Counted from the first letter of the stretch, positions 1 to 8,527 are shown. The stretch is 63,986 nucleotides of DNA from Actinomycetota bacterium (GCA_016781135.1 JADDQY010000090.1:1-63986), one strand, 5' to 3'. A program made the numbers and translations. The notes: generated by a model not told the origin, from the letters alone.

Positions 1-200
1 TCAGCTCCGCCTGAGACCTGATCAGCTCCGCCTGCGAGGCGACCACGGCTTCGAGGTCGGCAATGCGACGCTCGAGCTCCTCTGCCCAGGGCGCGTCGCT
101 TGCCATACACAAACTTTCGCGACCACCCCCCGCGACTGTGCTTACATCACTGGAATTTCTTCCGGGCTACCCCTCGCCCCGCCGGGACCTGAACAGTTAC
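1..200 (-). mobile_element. Left end of an IS66-family element (partial, runs off window) with transposase N-terminal coiled coil (ATG at 106)
   Basis: Minus strand from 200 reads GTAACTGTTCAGG, matching the GTAA-type IS66 terminus. ORF from 106: MASDAPWAEELERRIADLEAVVASQAELIRSQAEL, a coiled-coil start like IS66 TnpC/DUF6444. It directly abuts an IS256 fragment at 201. Confidence 0.6.
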
Positions 201-482
201 CAGGAACTGCACCTCGAGTCCTACCAGACCTTCGCCTCGGCCGACCTGCTCACCGCCCACACGGTGGCGGCCATGCAGGCCGGGCTGTCGACCCGCCGCT
301 ACGAGGGGCGCTCGGCCGGTGGGCGCAGAGTTCGAGGAGAGGTCGAGCTCACGTCGCGTTCGTCGGTCAGCCGGCGGTTCGTGGTCGCCACCGCCGAGCG
401 GCTGGCCGAGTTCCGCTCACGCCCCCTCGATGACGCGAAGTGGCTGGTCATCTTCGTCTACGGCTCCGACTTCGCCGGTGAC
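201..482 (+). pseudogene. IS256-family transposase internal fragment
   Basis: QELHLESYQTFASADLL..AAMQAGLSTRRY..SRSSVSRRFVVATAERLAEFRSRPL..WLVIFVYG resembles IS256 transposases. The expected first catalytic Asp (VDG) reads VYG. Both ends are truncated. Confidence 0.7.
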
Positions 483-495
483 ACGCCTCAACCGG

Positions 496-540
496 TCATA
501 AGCAGAGAGTTATGATTTCTGACTAAGTATTCACTTTACT
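496..540. promoter_or_regulatory. AT-rich cbbL upstream region with perfect inverted repeat TCATAA-N8-TTATGA; candidate CbbR/LysR-type operator
   Basis: Inverted repeat at 496-515 inside an AT-rich patch about 135 bp upstream of cbbL. It resembles the TNA-N7/8-TNA CbbR-type motif. Confidence 0.5.
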
Positions 541-650
541 CTGCGACCACCGCAGCCTAGGCTCTGGATTAGTATCCAGGACAAGCGTCAGACCCCGTAG
601 TGGGGAGTCCGAAACCCGGCCCAGACCGGGCTTCAGCCGAGGAGAACCGC

Positions 651-2084
651 GTGGCACAGAGTAACGGCAGTAACGGCAGTGGCGGCTACCAGGCCGGCGT
701 GAAGAAGTACGCCGACAACTACTGGACCCCGGATTACGTGCCGTTGGACACTGACCTCCTGGCCGTCTTCAAGGTGCTTCCCCAGCAGGGCGTGCCGCAC
801 GAGGAAGCGGCCGCGGCGGTGGCCGCCGAGTCATCCACCGGCACCTGGACGACGGTGTGGACCGACTACCTCACCGATCTCGACTTCTACAAGGGTCGGG
901 CCTACCGGATCGACCCGGTGAAGGACGACTCCGGCGCCTTCTTCGCCTTTGTCGCCTACCCGATGGACCTGTTTGAGGAAGGCTCGGTCGTCAACGTCCT
1001 GACCTCGCTCGTGGGCAACGTCTTCGGCTTCAAGGCAATCCGCAGCCTGCGCCTCGAAGACATTCGCTTCCCGGTGGCGTACGTGAAGACCTGCGGCGGC
1101 CCCCCCAACGGCATTCAGGTGGAGCGCGACCGCCTCGGCAAGTACGGGCGCGCGCTGCTGGGCTGTACGATCAAGCCCAAGCTCGGCCTGTCGGCCAAGA
1201 ACTACGGGCGCGCGGTCTACGAGTGCCTCCGAGGCGGGCTCGACTTCACCAAGGACGACGAGAACATCAACAGCCAGCCGTTCATGCGCTGGAACCACCG
1301 CTACGAGTTCGTGATGGAAGCGGTACACAAGGCCACCGCCGAGACGGGCGAGCGCAAGGGCCACTACCTCAACGTCACCGCGCCCACGCCGGAGGACATG
1401 TATGAGCGGGCCGAGTTCGCCAAGTCGCTCGGCGCCCCGATCATCATGCACGACTACCTCACCGGCGGCTTCTGCGCCAACACGGGTCTGGCGAACTGGT
1501 GTCGTCGGAACGGCATGCTGCTCCACATCCACCGCGCCATGCACGCGGTGATCGACCGCAACCCCATGCACGGCATTCACTTCCGGGTGCTCGCCAAGTG
1601 CCTGCGCCTGTCCGGGGGCGACCATCTCCACTCCGGCACCGTGGTCGGCAAGCTCGAAGGCGATCGCGAGGCCACGATGGGCTGGATCGATCTGATGCGG
1701 GAGTCCTTCGTGCCCGAGAACCGCAGGCGCGGCATCTTCTTCGACCAGGACTGGTCATCGATGCCCGGCGTCTTTCCCGTTGCCTCCGGAGGCATCCACG
1801 TCTGGCACATGCCCGCACTGGTGGCGATCTTCGGCGACGACGCCTGCCTGCAGTTCGGCGGCGGGACGCTCGGCCACCCGTGGGGCAACGCACCCGGCGC
1901 CCACGCCAACCGGGTAGCGCTCGAGGCCTGCGTGGAGGCACGGAACCAGGGTCGGGCGGTCGAACGCGAGGGTCGCGAGATCTTGACCGAGGCGGCCCGC
2001 CACAGTCCCGAGCTCGCGGTGGCGATGGACACCTGGAAGGAGATCAAGTTCGAGTTCGAAACCGTGGACAAGATCACCGCCTGA
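651..2084 (+). CDS. cbbL: RuBisCO large subunit, form IA
   Basis: [11 protein letters not shown] catalytic motif, [31 protein letters not shown] start at 651 follows GAGGAG (the ORF track starts at 600). Confidence 0.98.
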   Translation: MAQSNGSNGSGGYQAGVKKYADNYWTPDYVPLDTDLLAVFKVLPQQGVPHEEAAAAVAAESSTGTWTTVWTDYLTDLDFYKGRAYRIDPVKDDSGAFFAFVAYPMDLFEEGSVVNVLTSLVGNVFGFKAIRSLRLEDIRFPVAYVKTCGGPPNGIQVERDRLGKYGRALLGCTIKPKLGLSAKNYGRAVYECLRGGLDFTKDDENINSQPFMRWNHRYEFVMEAVHKATAETGERKGHYLNVTAPTPEDMYERAEFAKSLGAPIIMHDYLTGGFCANTGLANWCRRNGMLLHIHRAMHAVIDRNPMHGIHFRVLAKCLRLSGGDHLHSGTVVGKLEGDREATMGWIDLMRESFVPENRRRGIFFDQDWSSMPGVFPVASGGIHVWHMPALVAIFGDDACLQFGGGTLGHPWGNAPGAHANRVALEACVEARNQGRAVEREGREILTEAARHSPELAVAMDTWKEIKFEFETVDKITA

Positions 2085-2167
2085 CCGCGCACTGGCCGCC
2101 GGTTCCATGCCCCCGGCGCCTCACCCCTCTGGCCCCGGAAGGAGAGGGCCCTAAAGGAGACATTGAC

Positions 2168-2506
2168 ATGCACATTGAACCCTACGGACCCACCCCCCGC
2201 CATGTGGAGACCTTCTCCTACCTGCCACAGATGACGCCCGAGCGGCTCCGCCACCAGATCGCCTACCTCATCCAGTCCGGCTGGGCCCCGGCCATCGAAC
2301 ACACCGAGCCCGAGAAGTCCCTCTCGAACTTCTGGTACCTGTGGGAGCTCCCGTACTTTGGTGAGCGGTCGGTGGACAGGGTCCTGGCCGAGCTCGACTC
2401 GTGCCACCGGGCCAATCCCGGTCACCACGTGCGCCTCCTCGGCTACGACAACTACATGCAGAGTCAGGGCACGGCCTTCATCGTCCACCGCGCTGGAGCC
2501 CGCTGA
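2168..2506 (+). CDS. cbbS: RuBisCO small subunit (carboxysomal form IA type)
   Basis: [53 protein letters not shown] 2168 follows AAAGGAGA. It lies in the 3' part of track ORF 1499..2506. Confidence 0.96.
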   Translation: MHIEPYGPTPRHVETFSYLPQMTPERLRHQIAYLIQSGWAPAIEHTEPEKSLSNFWYLWELPYFGERSVDRVLAELDSCHRANPGHHVRLLGYDNYMQSQGTAFIVHRAGAR

Positions 2507-3055
2507 GAATGGGAAAGTACTGAGAAATGCGAATGTACGTGGTCCAGACCGCCGACAGCGGGGACCTGGCTGCGCTCCGAGATGCTGCCCGTGACGGCCG
2601 CGCCGCGGCGATGTCGCGGCGCCGGGCGCTCGCCGCCGGCCGGTCGGCTTTGGCGCCCGCGCACGAGCGGGTGCGCACCGGGTTCCGGGAGGCCGAGCTT
2701 CGTACTCCCGCAGCTGCGGTGGACGCGACGCCCCGCGCCGCTCCCAACGGTCAAGGGACGCCGAGCGGCGTGCAAGGGACTCCGGGGGGGACGGCGGTCG
2801 CGACCGACGGCGTGGCCGCCGCCCGCCTCGGCCGCGCCCTCTCCATGCAGCGACGCCGCCAGCTGTCCCAGGGCAAGCAGGCGCTGAACGGCGGTGGTGA
2901 CCGGACGGCGGCTGCAGCCGGCGCCGGCGCGCCGGTCTTCATCGTCCACCGCGGTGGAGGCCGCTGAGAATGGGAATGTACGCGGTCGACACCGCCGACA
3001 GCGCTGACCTGGCCGAGCTCGGAAATGCTGCCCGTGACGGTCGCGCCGCCGCGGC
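2472..3055 (+). repeat. Diverged direct duplication of the cbbS 3' end plus csoS2 5' start (copy 1 about 2472-2610, copy 2 about 2933-3055)
   Basis: cggccttcatcgtccaccgcgctggagcccgctgagaatgggaa versus cggtcttcatcgtccaccgcggtggaggccgctgagaatgggaa. Both continue tgtacg..accgccgacagcg..gacctggc..atgctgcccgtgacgg. Confidence 0.9.
2527..2967 (+). CDS. Short CsoS2-like protein with N-terminal motifs only (146 aa, two Rubisco-binding-type helices)
   Basis: Contains GRAAAMSRRRALAAGRSAL and GRALSMQRRRQLSQGKQAL (R-x5-RR N-peptide motif) and no [VI]TG repeats. Ends in a copy of the CbbS C-terminus (FIVHRGGGR). Confidence 0.7.
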   Translation: MRMYVVQTADSGDLAALRDAARDGRAAAMSRRRALAAGRSALAPAHERVRTGFREAELRTPAAAVDATPRAAPNGQGTPSGVQGTPGGTAVATDGVAAARLGRALSMQRRRQLSQGKQALNGGGDRTAAAAGAGAPVFIVHRGGGR

Positions 3056-3990
3056 GGCGCGACGTCGCCAGCTGTCCCAGGGCATGCAGGCGCTGAACGG
3101 CGCCGTCGGGTCCCCGGCCGCGGAGAACCTGCAGGCCAACGGCGCGGGAGCGCCGCCCGCCGCGGAGAACCTGGAGGCCAACGGCGCGGGAGCGCCCCCC
3201 GCCGCTCCCAACGGTCAAGGCGCGTCGAACGGCACGCAAGGGGCTCCGGGGGGGACCGACGGCGTGGCCGGCGCCCACCTCGGCCGCGCCCTCTCCGTGC
3301 AGCGCCGCCGCCAGCTGTCCCAGGGCAAGCAGGCGCTGAACGGCGGCGGGGCGCCGCCCGCCGGGGAGAACCTGCACGGCAACGGCGCGGGGGCGCCTCC
3401 CGCCGCTTCCAATGGTCAAGGGGCGCCGAACGGCGCGCAAGGGGCTCCGCAGGCGACGTCGGGCCCGACCAACGGCGTGGCCGCCGTCCACCTCGGCCGC
3501 GCCCTCTCCATGGAGCGCCGTCGTCAGCTGTCCCAGGGCAAGCAGGCGCTGAACGGCCACGGTGACCCGACGGCGGCTGCTCCCAACGGTCAAGGCGCCC
3601 CGAGCGGCGCGCAAGGGGCTCCGCAGGCGACGTCGGGCCCGACCAACGGCGTGGCCGCCGCCCACCTCGGCCGCGTCCTCTCCATGCAGCGCCGCCGCCA
3701 GCTGTCCCAGGGCAAGCAGGCGCTGAACGGCGACGGCGCACCGCCCGCCGGGGAGAACCTGCACGCCAACGGCGCGGGGGCGCCTCCCGCCGCTTCCAAC
3801 GGTCAAGGCGCGTCGAGCGGCGCGCAAGGGGCTCCGGGGGGGACGTCGGTCGCGAGCGACGGCGTGGCCGCCGCCCACCTCGGCCGCGTCCTCTCCATGC
3901 AGCGCCGCCGCCAGCTGTCCCAGGGCAAGCAGGCGCTGAACGGCGACGGCGCACCGCCCGCCGCAGAGAACGTCAACGGCGCGGGGGCGC
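2741..3990 (+). repeat. Imperfect coding tandem repeats (about 170-215 bp) forming the CsoS2 N-terminal motifs
   Basis: The core cctcggccgcg.cctctcc.tg.agcg.cgccgccagctgtcccagggcaagcaggcgctgaacggc recurs near 2825, 3278, 3491, 3665 and 3878. Confidence 0.9.
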
Positions 3991-5603
3991 CTCCCGCGGC
4001 GGAGAGCCTGCAGGTCGAAGGCACCGGCTCGGGTCGTGAGCAGGCCCGGGCTCGGCGCGCCGAGGCGAGCCGCTTCGGCAGCGCAGGGATCAGCAGGCCG
4101 CAGCGAGAGGGCCGGGTCACGCACCCACCCAAGGTCATCGTGTCTCCCACCCGCGGCGGCCAGCGGGTGACCGGGCTGGGGATCGGTCCGGGCGCGCGGG
4201 TCACGGGCGACGAGCCCGGCGCTGCGCTCCCGGTGTCGGGCACGCAGTACGTCGCGGCCGACGGGTCGGCCCCCGCGTCGGGCGCCGGGCCGAAGGTCGG
4301 CATGGTGCGCACGCCGCAGGGCCTCGTCGTCTCGGGCACCACGGTTCGCAACAAGGTGTCCATCACCGGTGACGAGGCCGGCGAGCACCTTCCCATCACC
4401 GGCGAAGCCGACCAGAAGTTCGACGACGACCTGACCCCACGCAGCGACGGCACCTTCCGTCCGGCGCAGTTCCCGCGCCGGGCCGACCCGCAGGGCGCGA
4501 CCGCCGTCGGCACGAGGCTGGGGCAACAGTCTCGAACGGCGGCTTCCAGCGGGGACGGCTCCTGGCAGCCGCTGGAGAACACCGACGGCGGGCTGGCCGT
4601 CACCGGCACGGTCGTCGGCCGCAGCGGGCGCGTCACCGGGAACGAGGCCGGCGCCTGCCGCCCGATCACCGGCGACCAGTACCAGCACCTCTCCTCCTAC
4701 TCCAGCGAGTGCGCCGGCACCGGTGGCGGTACCGCGCCGGGCGCGCACCTCAACCGGGCGCGTCTGGACCCGGCGACCGGCGGCAAGGTGACCGTGGCGC
4801 AGACCTGGGCGGGCCAGCTCATCACGGGTCCCAGCGTCGAGCACCGCCCCAACGCCACCGGCGGCGAGCCGGGTGCCTGCCGCCCGGTGACCGGCACGCC
4901 TTACCAGGGGCCATCCACCGTCTTCGGCTGGTGCGAGCCCGACGAGGGTGAGTCCGCGGCCCAGCGCCTCGAGTCCAGGCCGAATGGTGTGGCCGTGACC
5001 GGCGACGTCCCCATGCCCGCCGAGGCGGTCACCGGCACCGAGCGCGGCGAGGGGAAGAGCGTCACCGGGACGTCCTACTACGGCGATCTGCGGCCAGCGG
5101 AGCCAGCGGCCGACGACTGGGCCGGCGGGCGGGCCTTCCCGGTGGCTTTGGCCCGGCGCCTGGCCAGCGGGGAGAGCGACGACGCCGCCACGCAAAAGAC
5201 CGACGAGCCGGCGCCGTCCCCTTCCAGCGTGCCTGGCGGCATCACCGGGTCCTTCGCCATCGGCGAAGGCATGGTGACCGGCAACAACGAGTTCCTGTTC
5301 CGGCCCCGCCGGAACCGTGACGGCGAGCAACCGGCGGTCACGGGCGAGGGTCGCACCGAAGGGCGTACGGTCACTGGTTCCGCCTGGACGGCAAACGACC
5401 GGGTCACCGGCACCGAGGGCTACATCGCGGCCGGGCGCAACCCCAGCGAAGGCGGCGGCGGTCCCCACGGCTGGGCCGGCGCAGGCAGGTTCCGGGACCT
5501 GGCCATGCCCGCGAGGCCGCCGCGCGAGAACGTCACCGGCCGCTCCGGCGGGGGCGCGAAGGCGGCGGGACGCGTCACCGTCTCCGGCGGAGCCCAGGGA
5601 TGA
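2970..5603 (+). CDS. csoS2: Carboxysome assembly protein CsoS2 (full length)
   Basis: Six N-terminal R-x5-RR motifs, about five middle repeats (KV..T..G..VTG..VTGDEPG...VSGTQY), C-terminal VTG repeats and terminal VTVSGGAQG. GGAGG SD at 2956-2960. Confidence 0.95.
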   Translation: MGMYAVDTADSADLAELGNAARDGRAAAAARRRQLSQGMQALNGAVGSPAAENLQANGAGAPPAAENLEANGAGAPPAAPNGQGASNGTQGAPGGTDGVAGAHLGRALSVQRRRQLSQGKQALNGGGAPPAGENLHGNGAGAPPAASNGQGAPNGAQGAPQATSGPTNGVAAVHLGRALSMERRRQLSQGKQALNGHGDPTAAAPNGQGAPSGAQGAPQATSGPTNGVAAAHLGRVLSMQRRRQLSQGKQALNGDGAPPAGENLHANGAGAPPAASNGQGASSGAQGAPGGTSVASDGVAAAHLGRVLSMQRRRQLSQGKQALNGDGAPPAAENVNGAGAPPAAESLQVEGTGSGREQARARRAEASRFGSAGISRPQREGRVTHPPKVIVSPTRGGQRVTGLGIGPGARVTGDEPGAALPVSGTQYVAADGSAPASGAGPKVGMVRTPQGLVVSGTTVRNKVSITGDEAGEHLPITGEADQKFDDDLTPRSDGTFRPAQFPRRADPQGATAVGTRLGQQSRTAASSGDGSWQPLENTDGGLAVTGTVVGRSGRVTGNEAGACRPITGDQYQHLSSYSSECAGTGGGTAPGAHLNRARLDPATGGKVTVAQTWAGQLITGPSVEHRPNATGGEPGACRPVTGTPYQGPSTVFGWCEPDEGESAAQRLESRPNGVAVTGDVPMPAEAVTGTERGEGKSVTGTSYYGDLRPAEPAADDWAGGRAFPVALARRLASGESDDAATQKTDEPAPSPSSVPGGITGSFAIGEGMVTGNNEFLFRPRRNRDGEQPAVTGEGRTEGRTVTGSAWTANDRVTGTEGYIAAGRNPSEGGGGPHGWAGAGRFRDLAMPARPPRENVTGRSGGGAKAAGRVTVSGGAQG

Positions 5604-7183
5604 AGTCCCTGCTCCAGCCCGACGGACGCTGGCTCGCTCCCTGGGACCAGGCTGCGGCCTGGCCGCGCCCGGGCGCGGTGGCGACGGTGACGTCGCCGCC
5701 GGGCCAGCCGGCCCGGAATGTGGGGTTCGGGTTCAGCCTGCCGGCGGGTGGGCATCCGCTGGCCGAGCCGGCGCTCAGCGACGCCCTCAAGCAGCGAGCC
5801 GAGGAGATCGCGGCCGCCTTCGAGCTCATCGAACCCGTCCTGCGCCGGCTGGCACCGCGCCAGTTCGACGACGACTTCCCCGAGCAGGCGCACCGCGAGC
5901 TGGCCGACTCGCTCGGGGTCGACATCCCGGCGGCTGAGCTGGAGTCGTCCTGGAGCTCACCGCTGAACCTCGGCCGCATCCACGCCCGCTGCGTGCTCGG
6001 GACCTTCCGCAACCTGGTGGAGCGCGAGTTCGACCGGAACCTCGCACTGGTCGAGGAGGGCGAGAGCACCGAGGTGTTGATCCGGCGTTTCGGCTTCCAC
6101 GCGGTCGACATCACCGCCTGCGCCGACGGGCGCCTCGGGGGGGTGGTGGATTTCATCCTGCGGGTGCCGCCTGCGGTCGTGGTGTGGCACGACTCATATG
6201 CCGGCGCGATGTTCGACGTCGAGGATGCGTTGCACCGTTGGGAAGCGGTGGAGCTGCGACGCTGGCGCGAGGGCTGGCCGAACGACGCCAGCGAGCCCAC
6301 GCGCTACCTGAAGATCGGGCTCTACCACTTCAGCAGCGTCGACCCACGCCACCAAGGCTGTGCCGCATTCGGCAGTGACCAGGTGCGCGCCGCAACCGCC
6401 CTGCTGGCGCGGCTTCAGGAGCTCGAGGGTGCCGTCGAGTCCACCCAGTGCTGCGCGGCGAGCGTGGCCACGCTGCTCGTCGGGGTGGACACGGACACCG
6501 ACGCCATCCGCGTGCACGTTCCCGACGCCGCCGGTAAGACGGACGTGGACCGCTTCGTCTCCAGCGCCACGCTCTACGAACAGACGGCGAGCCTCGAGCG
6601 CGAGGCCGCCAAGGAGTTCATCCGCCAAGCGGTCGCCGACTGCGCCGGCGTGGACGCGGCCGACGCCGGAACCGAGGGCATGCGCTGGCTCTGCGGCTAC
6701 CTGCTGAAGAACAACATCGGCCAGGTCGATGCGGTTCGCGGCTGGAACGGCGGAAGGTACGCGGATTACGGCCACGCCGAGACGCTGATCGTGGCCGGCG
6801 ACGCGATCGACGACGTCCAACTGCGCAACCTCGTCTTTCAGGCGCAGATGGGCACGCTGGAAGTAGGTGCCGTCGACCTCGACGTCGGCATCGGGGTCCT
6901 CGCAAGGACGAATGCGCCGTACGGGCTTGCGGTGCCGGTGCTCGTGCACGTCGCCTACGACGAGCGCATCCCGGGCGCCAGGGCCGGGGCGCAAGCACGT
7001 GCTCGGCGCCTAGCCGCGGCGATCGAGACCCGGTATGCGGGTGCGGCCGGCCCTGCTGGCCTCGTCACCCAAGGGGTCGTGCGAGCGCGGGGCCGGTCGC
7101 GCCTAGAGGTGCTCGAGGCGGAGGACGACGGCCCGCCGAGCTCGCTCCCACCCGGAGCGCGACCCAAGGAGGCACAGCGATGA
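5600..7183 (+). CDS. csoSCA: Carboxysome carbonic anhydrase CsoSCA (CsoS3)
   Basis: GFHAVDITACADGRL, YHFSSVDP..GCAA, LLVGVDTDTDAIRVH, NNIGQ, GHAE. ATGA overlap with csoS2. Confidence 0.95.
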   Translation: MKSLLQPDGRWLAPWDQAAAWPRPGAVATVTSPPGQPARNVGFGFSLPAGGHPLAEPALSDALKQRAEEIAAAFELIEPVLRRLAPRQFDDDFPEQAHRELADSLGVDIPAAELESSWSSPLNLGRIHARCVLGTFRNLVEREFDRNLALVEEGESTEVLIRRFGFHAVDITACADGRLGGVVDFILRVPPAVVVWHDSYAGAMFDVEDALHRWEAVELRRWREGWPNDASEPTRYLKIGLYHFSSVDPRHQGCAAFGSDQVRAATALLARLQELEGAVESTQCCAASVATLLVGVDTDTDAIRVHVPDAAGKTDVDRFVSSATLYEQTASLEREAAKEFIRQAVADCAGVDAADAGTEGMRWLCGYLLKNNIGQVDAVRGWNGGRYADYGHAETLIVAGDAIDDVQLRNLVFQAQMGTLEVGAVDLDVGIGVLARTNAPYGLAVPVLVHVAYDERIPGARAGAQARARRLAAAIETRYAGAAGPAGLVTQGVVRARGRSRLEVLEAEDDGPPSSLPPGARPKEAQR

Positions 7184-7515
7184 AGATCTTCCGCGTCGAA
7201 GGCACGCTGGTCGCCACCGCCCGCATCGGCGGCCTCGAGAGCCACCGGCTGCTGGTCGTCCAGGACCGGAAGGGAGGCAAGCAGGTGGCGGTCGATCCCG
7301 TCGGCTGCAAGCCCGGCGACTGGGTGATCGCGTGTGGCAGCTCGGCGGCGCGCGACGCCGCCGGCAGCAAGGAGTACCCGAGCGACCTGACCATCGTCGG
7401 CATCATCGACTACTGGGACGAGGAGAGCGAGGAGCGGGCCGCCCCGTCTGCGAACGGTGAGGCGCGGTCTGCGGACGATAGGGCGCGGTCTGCGGGCGAT
7501 GGGGCGCGACGATGA
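7180..7515 (+). CDS. csoS4A: Carboxysome vertex pentamer CsoS4A with C-terminal repeat extension
   Basis: MKIFRVEGTLVAT..VAVDPVGCKPGDWVI..GSSAAR.AAG...PSDLTIVGIIDYW. Confidence 0.95.
   Translation: MKIFRVEGTLVATARIGGLESHRLLVVQDRKGGKQVAVDPVGCKPGDWVIACGSSAARDAAGSKEYPSDLTIVGIIDYWDEESEERAAPSANGEARSADDRARSAGDGARR
7440..7515 (+). repeat. 21-bp tandem repeat (about 3.5 copies) in the csoS4A 3' end
   Basis: cgccccgtctgcgaacggtga / ggcgcggtctgcggacgatag / ggcgcggtctgcgggcgatgg / ggcgcgacgatga. Confidence 0.8.
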
Positions 7516-7772
7516 AGATCCACCGCGTCGTCCGCGACCTCGTCACCACCGCTCGAACCCCCACGCTCCAAGCCAAGTCGCTGCGGGTGGTCGAAGACGA
7601 CAGCGGCGACCTGGAAGTGGCACTCGACTCGGTCGGCGCAAAGCCGGGCGACTTCGTCATCACCATCAGCACCTCGGCGGCCCGCCATGCCACCGGCGAT
7701 CCGAAGATCACCACCGACCTGACCATCGGGGGGATCATCGACCACTGGAGCGAGGAGCGCTGGCACGACTGA
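7512..7772 (+). CDS. csoS4B: Carboxysome vertex pentamer CsoS4B
   Basis: LVTT.R...L..KSLRVV....G.L.VA.D.VGAKPG.FV.T...SAARHA.G.....TDLTIGGIIDHW. Confidence 0.95.
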   Translation: MKIHRVVRDLVTTARTPTLQAKSLRVVEDDSGDLEVALDSVGAKPGDFVITISTSAARHATGDPKITTDLTIGGIIDHWSEERWHD

Positions 7773-7831
7773 CTCGGTCCAACCCCTTCACCCTGTAACA
7801 CCCGAACTCAACTCATCTACGGAGGAAACAA

Positions 7832-8167
7832 ATGGCCACCAACAATGGAAGTGACATTCCGGGCATTGCCCTGGGCATGATCGAGACCCGTGGGCTCGTC
7901 CCGGCGATCGAGGCTGCCGACGCCATGACCAAGGCGTCAGAGGTGCGGCTGATCGGCCGCCAGTTCGTCGGCGGCGGCTACGTCACCGTGCTGGTCCGTG
8001 GCGAGACGGGCGCCGTCAACGCCGCAGTCCGTGCCGGTGCTGACGCGTGCGAGCGCGTGGGCGACGGCCTGGCTGCGGCACACATCATCGCCCGGCCGCA
8101 CAGCGAGGTTGAGCAGATCCTTCCCGACGGTACCCGCGACCCCCAGTACTCCGGGGCGGTGAGCTGA
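7832..8167 (+). CDS. csoS1: Carboxysome shell hexamer CsoS1 (BMC-H)
   Basis: GIALGMIETRGLVPAIEAADAMTKA..VGGGYVTVLVRGETGAVNAAVRAGADACERVGDGL.AAHIIARPH. Strong GGAGGA SD. Confidence 0.98.
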   Translation: MATNNGSDIPGIALGMIETRGLVPAIEAADAMTKASEVRLIGRQFVGGGYVTVLVRGETGAVNAAVRAGADACERVGDGLAAAHIIARPHSEVEQILPDGTRDPQYSGAVS

Positions 8168-8193
8168 GCACAGGCGCCCAGCTCGGGCGGGGC

Positions 8194-8218
8194 GACGCCA
8201 GGCAGCCCGGCTGGCGTT
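8194..8218 (+). terminator. Possible stem-loop after csoS1
   Basis: gacgccag..ctggcgtt inverted repeat with no U-tract. It could be a stabiliser or attenuator. Confidence 0.3.
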
Positions 8219-8250
8219 GAGGATCCCCATTCACCGACGAGGAGAACCAG

Positions 8251-8526
8251 ATGACCACGGAACCCCGATGGCCGGAGGGCTGGACGGAGGTCGAGAAACC
8301 ATCGTTGCTTCACCGCCGCTTCGAGTTCGCCGCCTACCCCGAGACACGAGCCTTCCTCGACCGGCTCGCGGGCCTGTCGAAGGAGACCGGGCTCTATCCG
8401 GATCTGAGCTTCAGCCGGACACACGTCAACGTCACGGTGTATGGCTGGGGTGGAGCGGCCGTCGGCGCGGAGGCAAGGGAGTTCGCCGCCCGCGCCGAGG
8501 CACTCGCCAGCGTGGACGCAGCTTGA
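8251..8526 (+). CDS. Pterin-4a-carbinolamine dehydratase-like Rubisco assembly factor (acRAF)
   Basis: W......L.RRFEF..Y..TR.FLD.LA.LS...G.YPDLSF.RT.VNVT matches the cso-linked PCD-like family. Confidence 0.88.
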   Translation: MTTEPRWPEGWTEVEKPSLLHRRFEFAAYPETRAFLDRLAGLSKETGLYPDLSFSRTHVNVTVYGWGGAAVGAEAREFAARAEALASVDAA

Positions 8527-8527
8527 C

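Noticed and set aside
1499-2167. 335-aa ORF suggesting an N-terminally extended CbbS
   Set aside because: The upstream part is an alternative frame over cbbL. The real start is ATG 2168 with a strong SD.
2741-3990. Regularly spaced repeats resembling a CRISPR array
   Set aside because: The units are long, in frame and encode CsoS2 motifs; the spacers resemble each other; no cas genes are present.
4120-5200. Programmed -1 frameshift site in csoS2 (CCCAAAG type)
   Set aside because: I found only near-matches (CCCAAGG near 4128, GCAAAAG near 5192), with no convincing slippery heptamer by eye.
2751-5468. Long antisense and alternative-frame ORFs (also 11494-13443, 27453-30395, 37019-39352, 43646-45682)
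   Set aside because: Typical stop-poor shadow frames of high-GC coding DNA, with no protein motifs.
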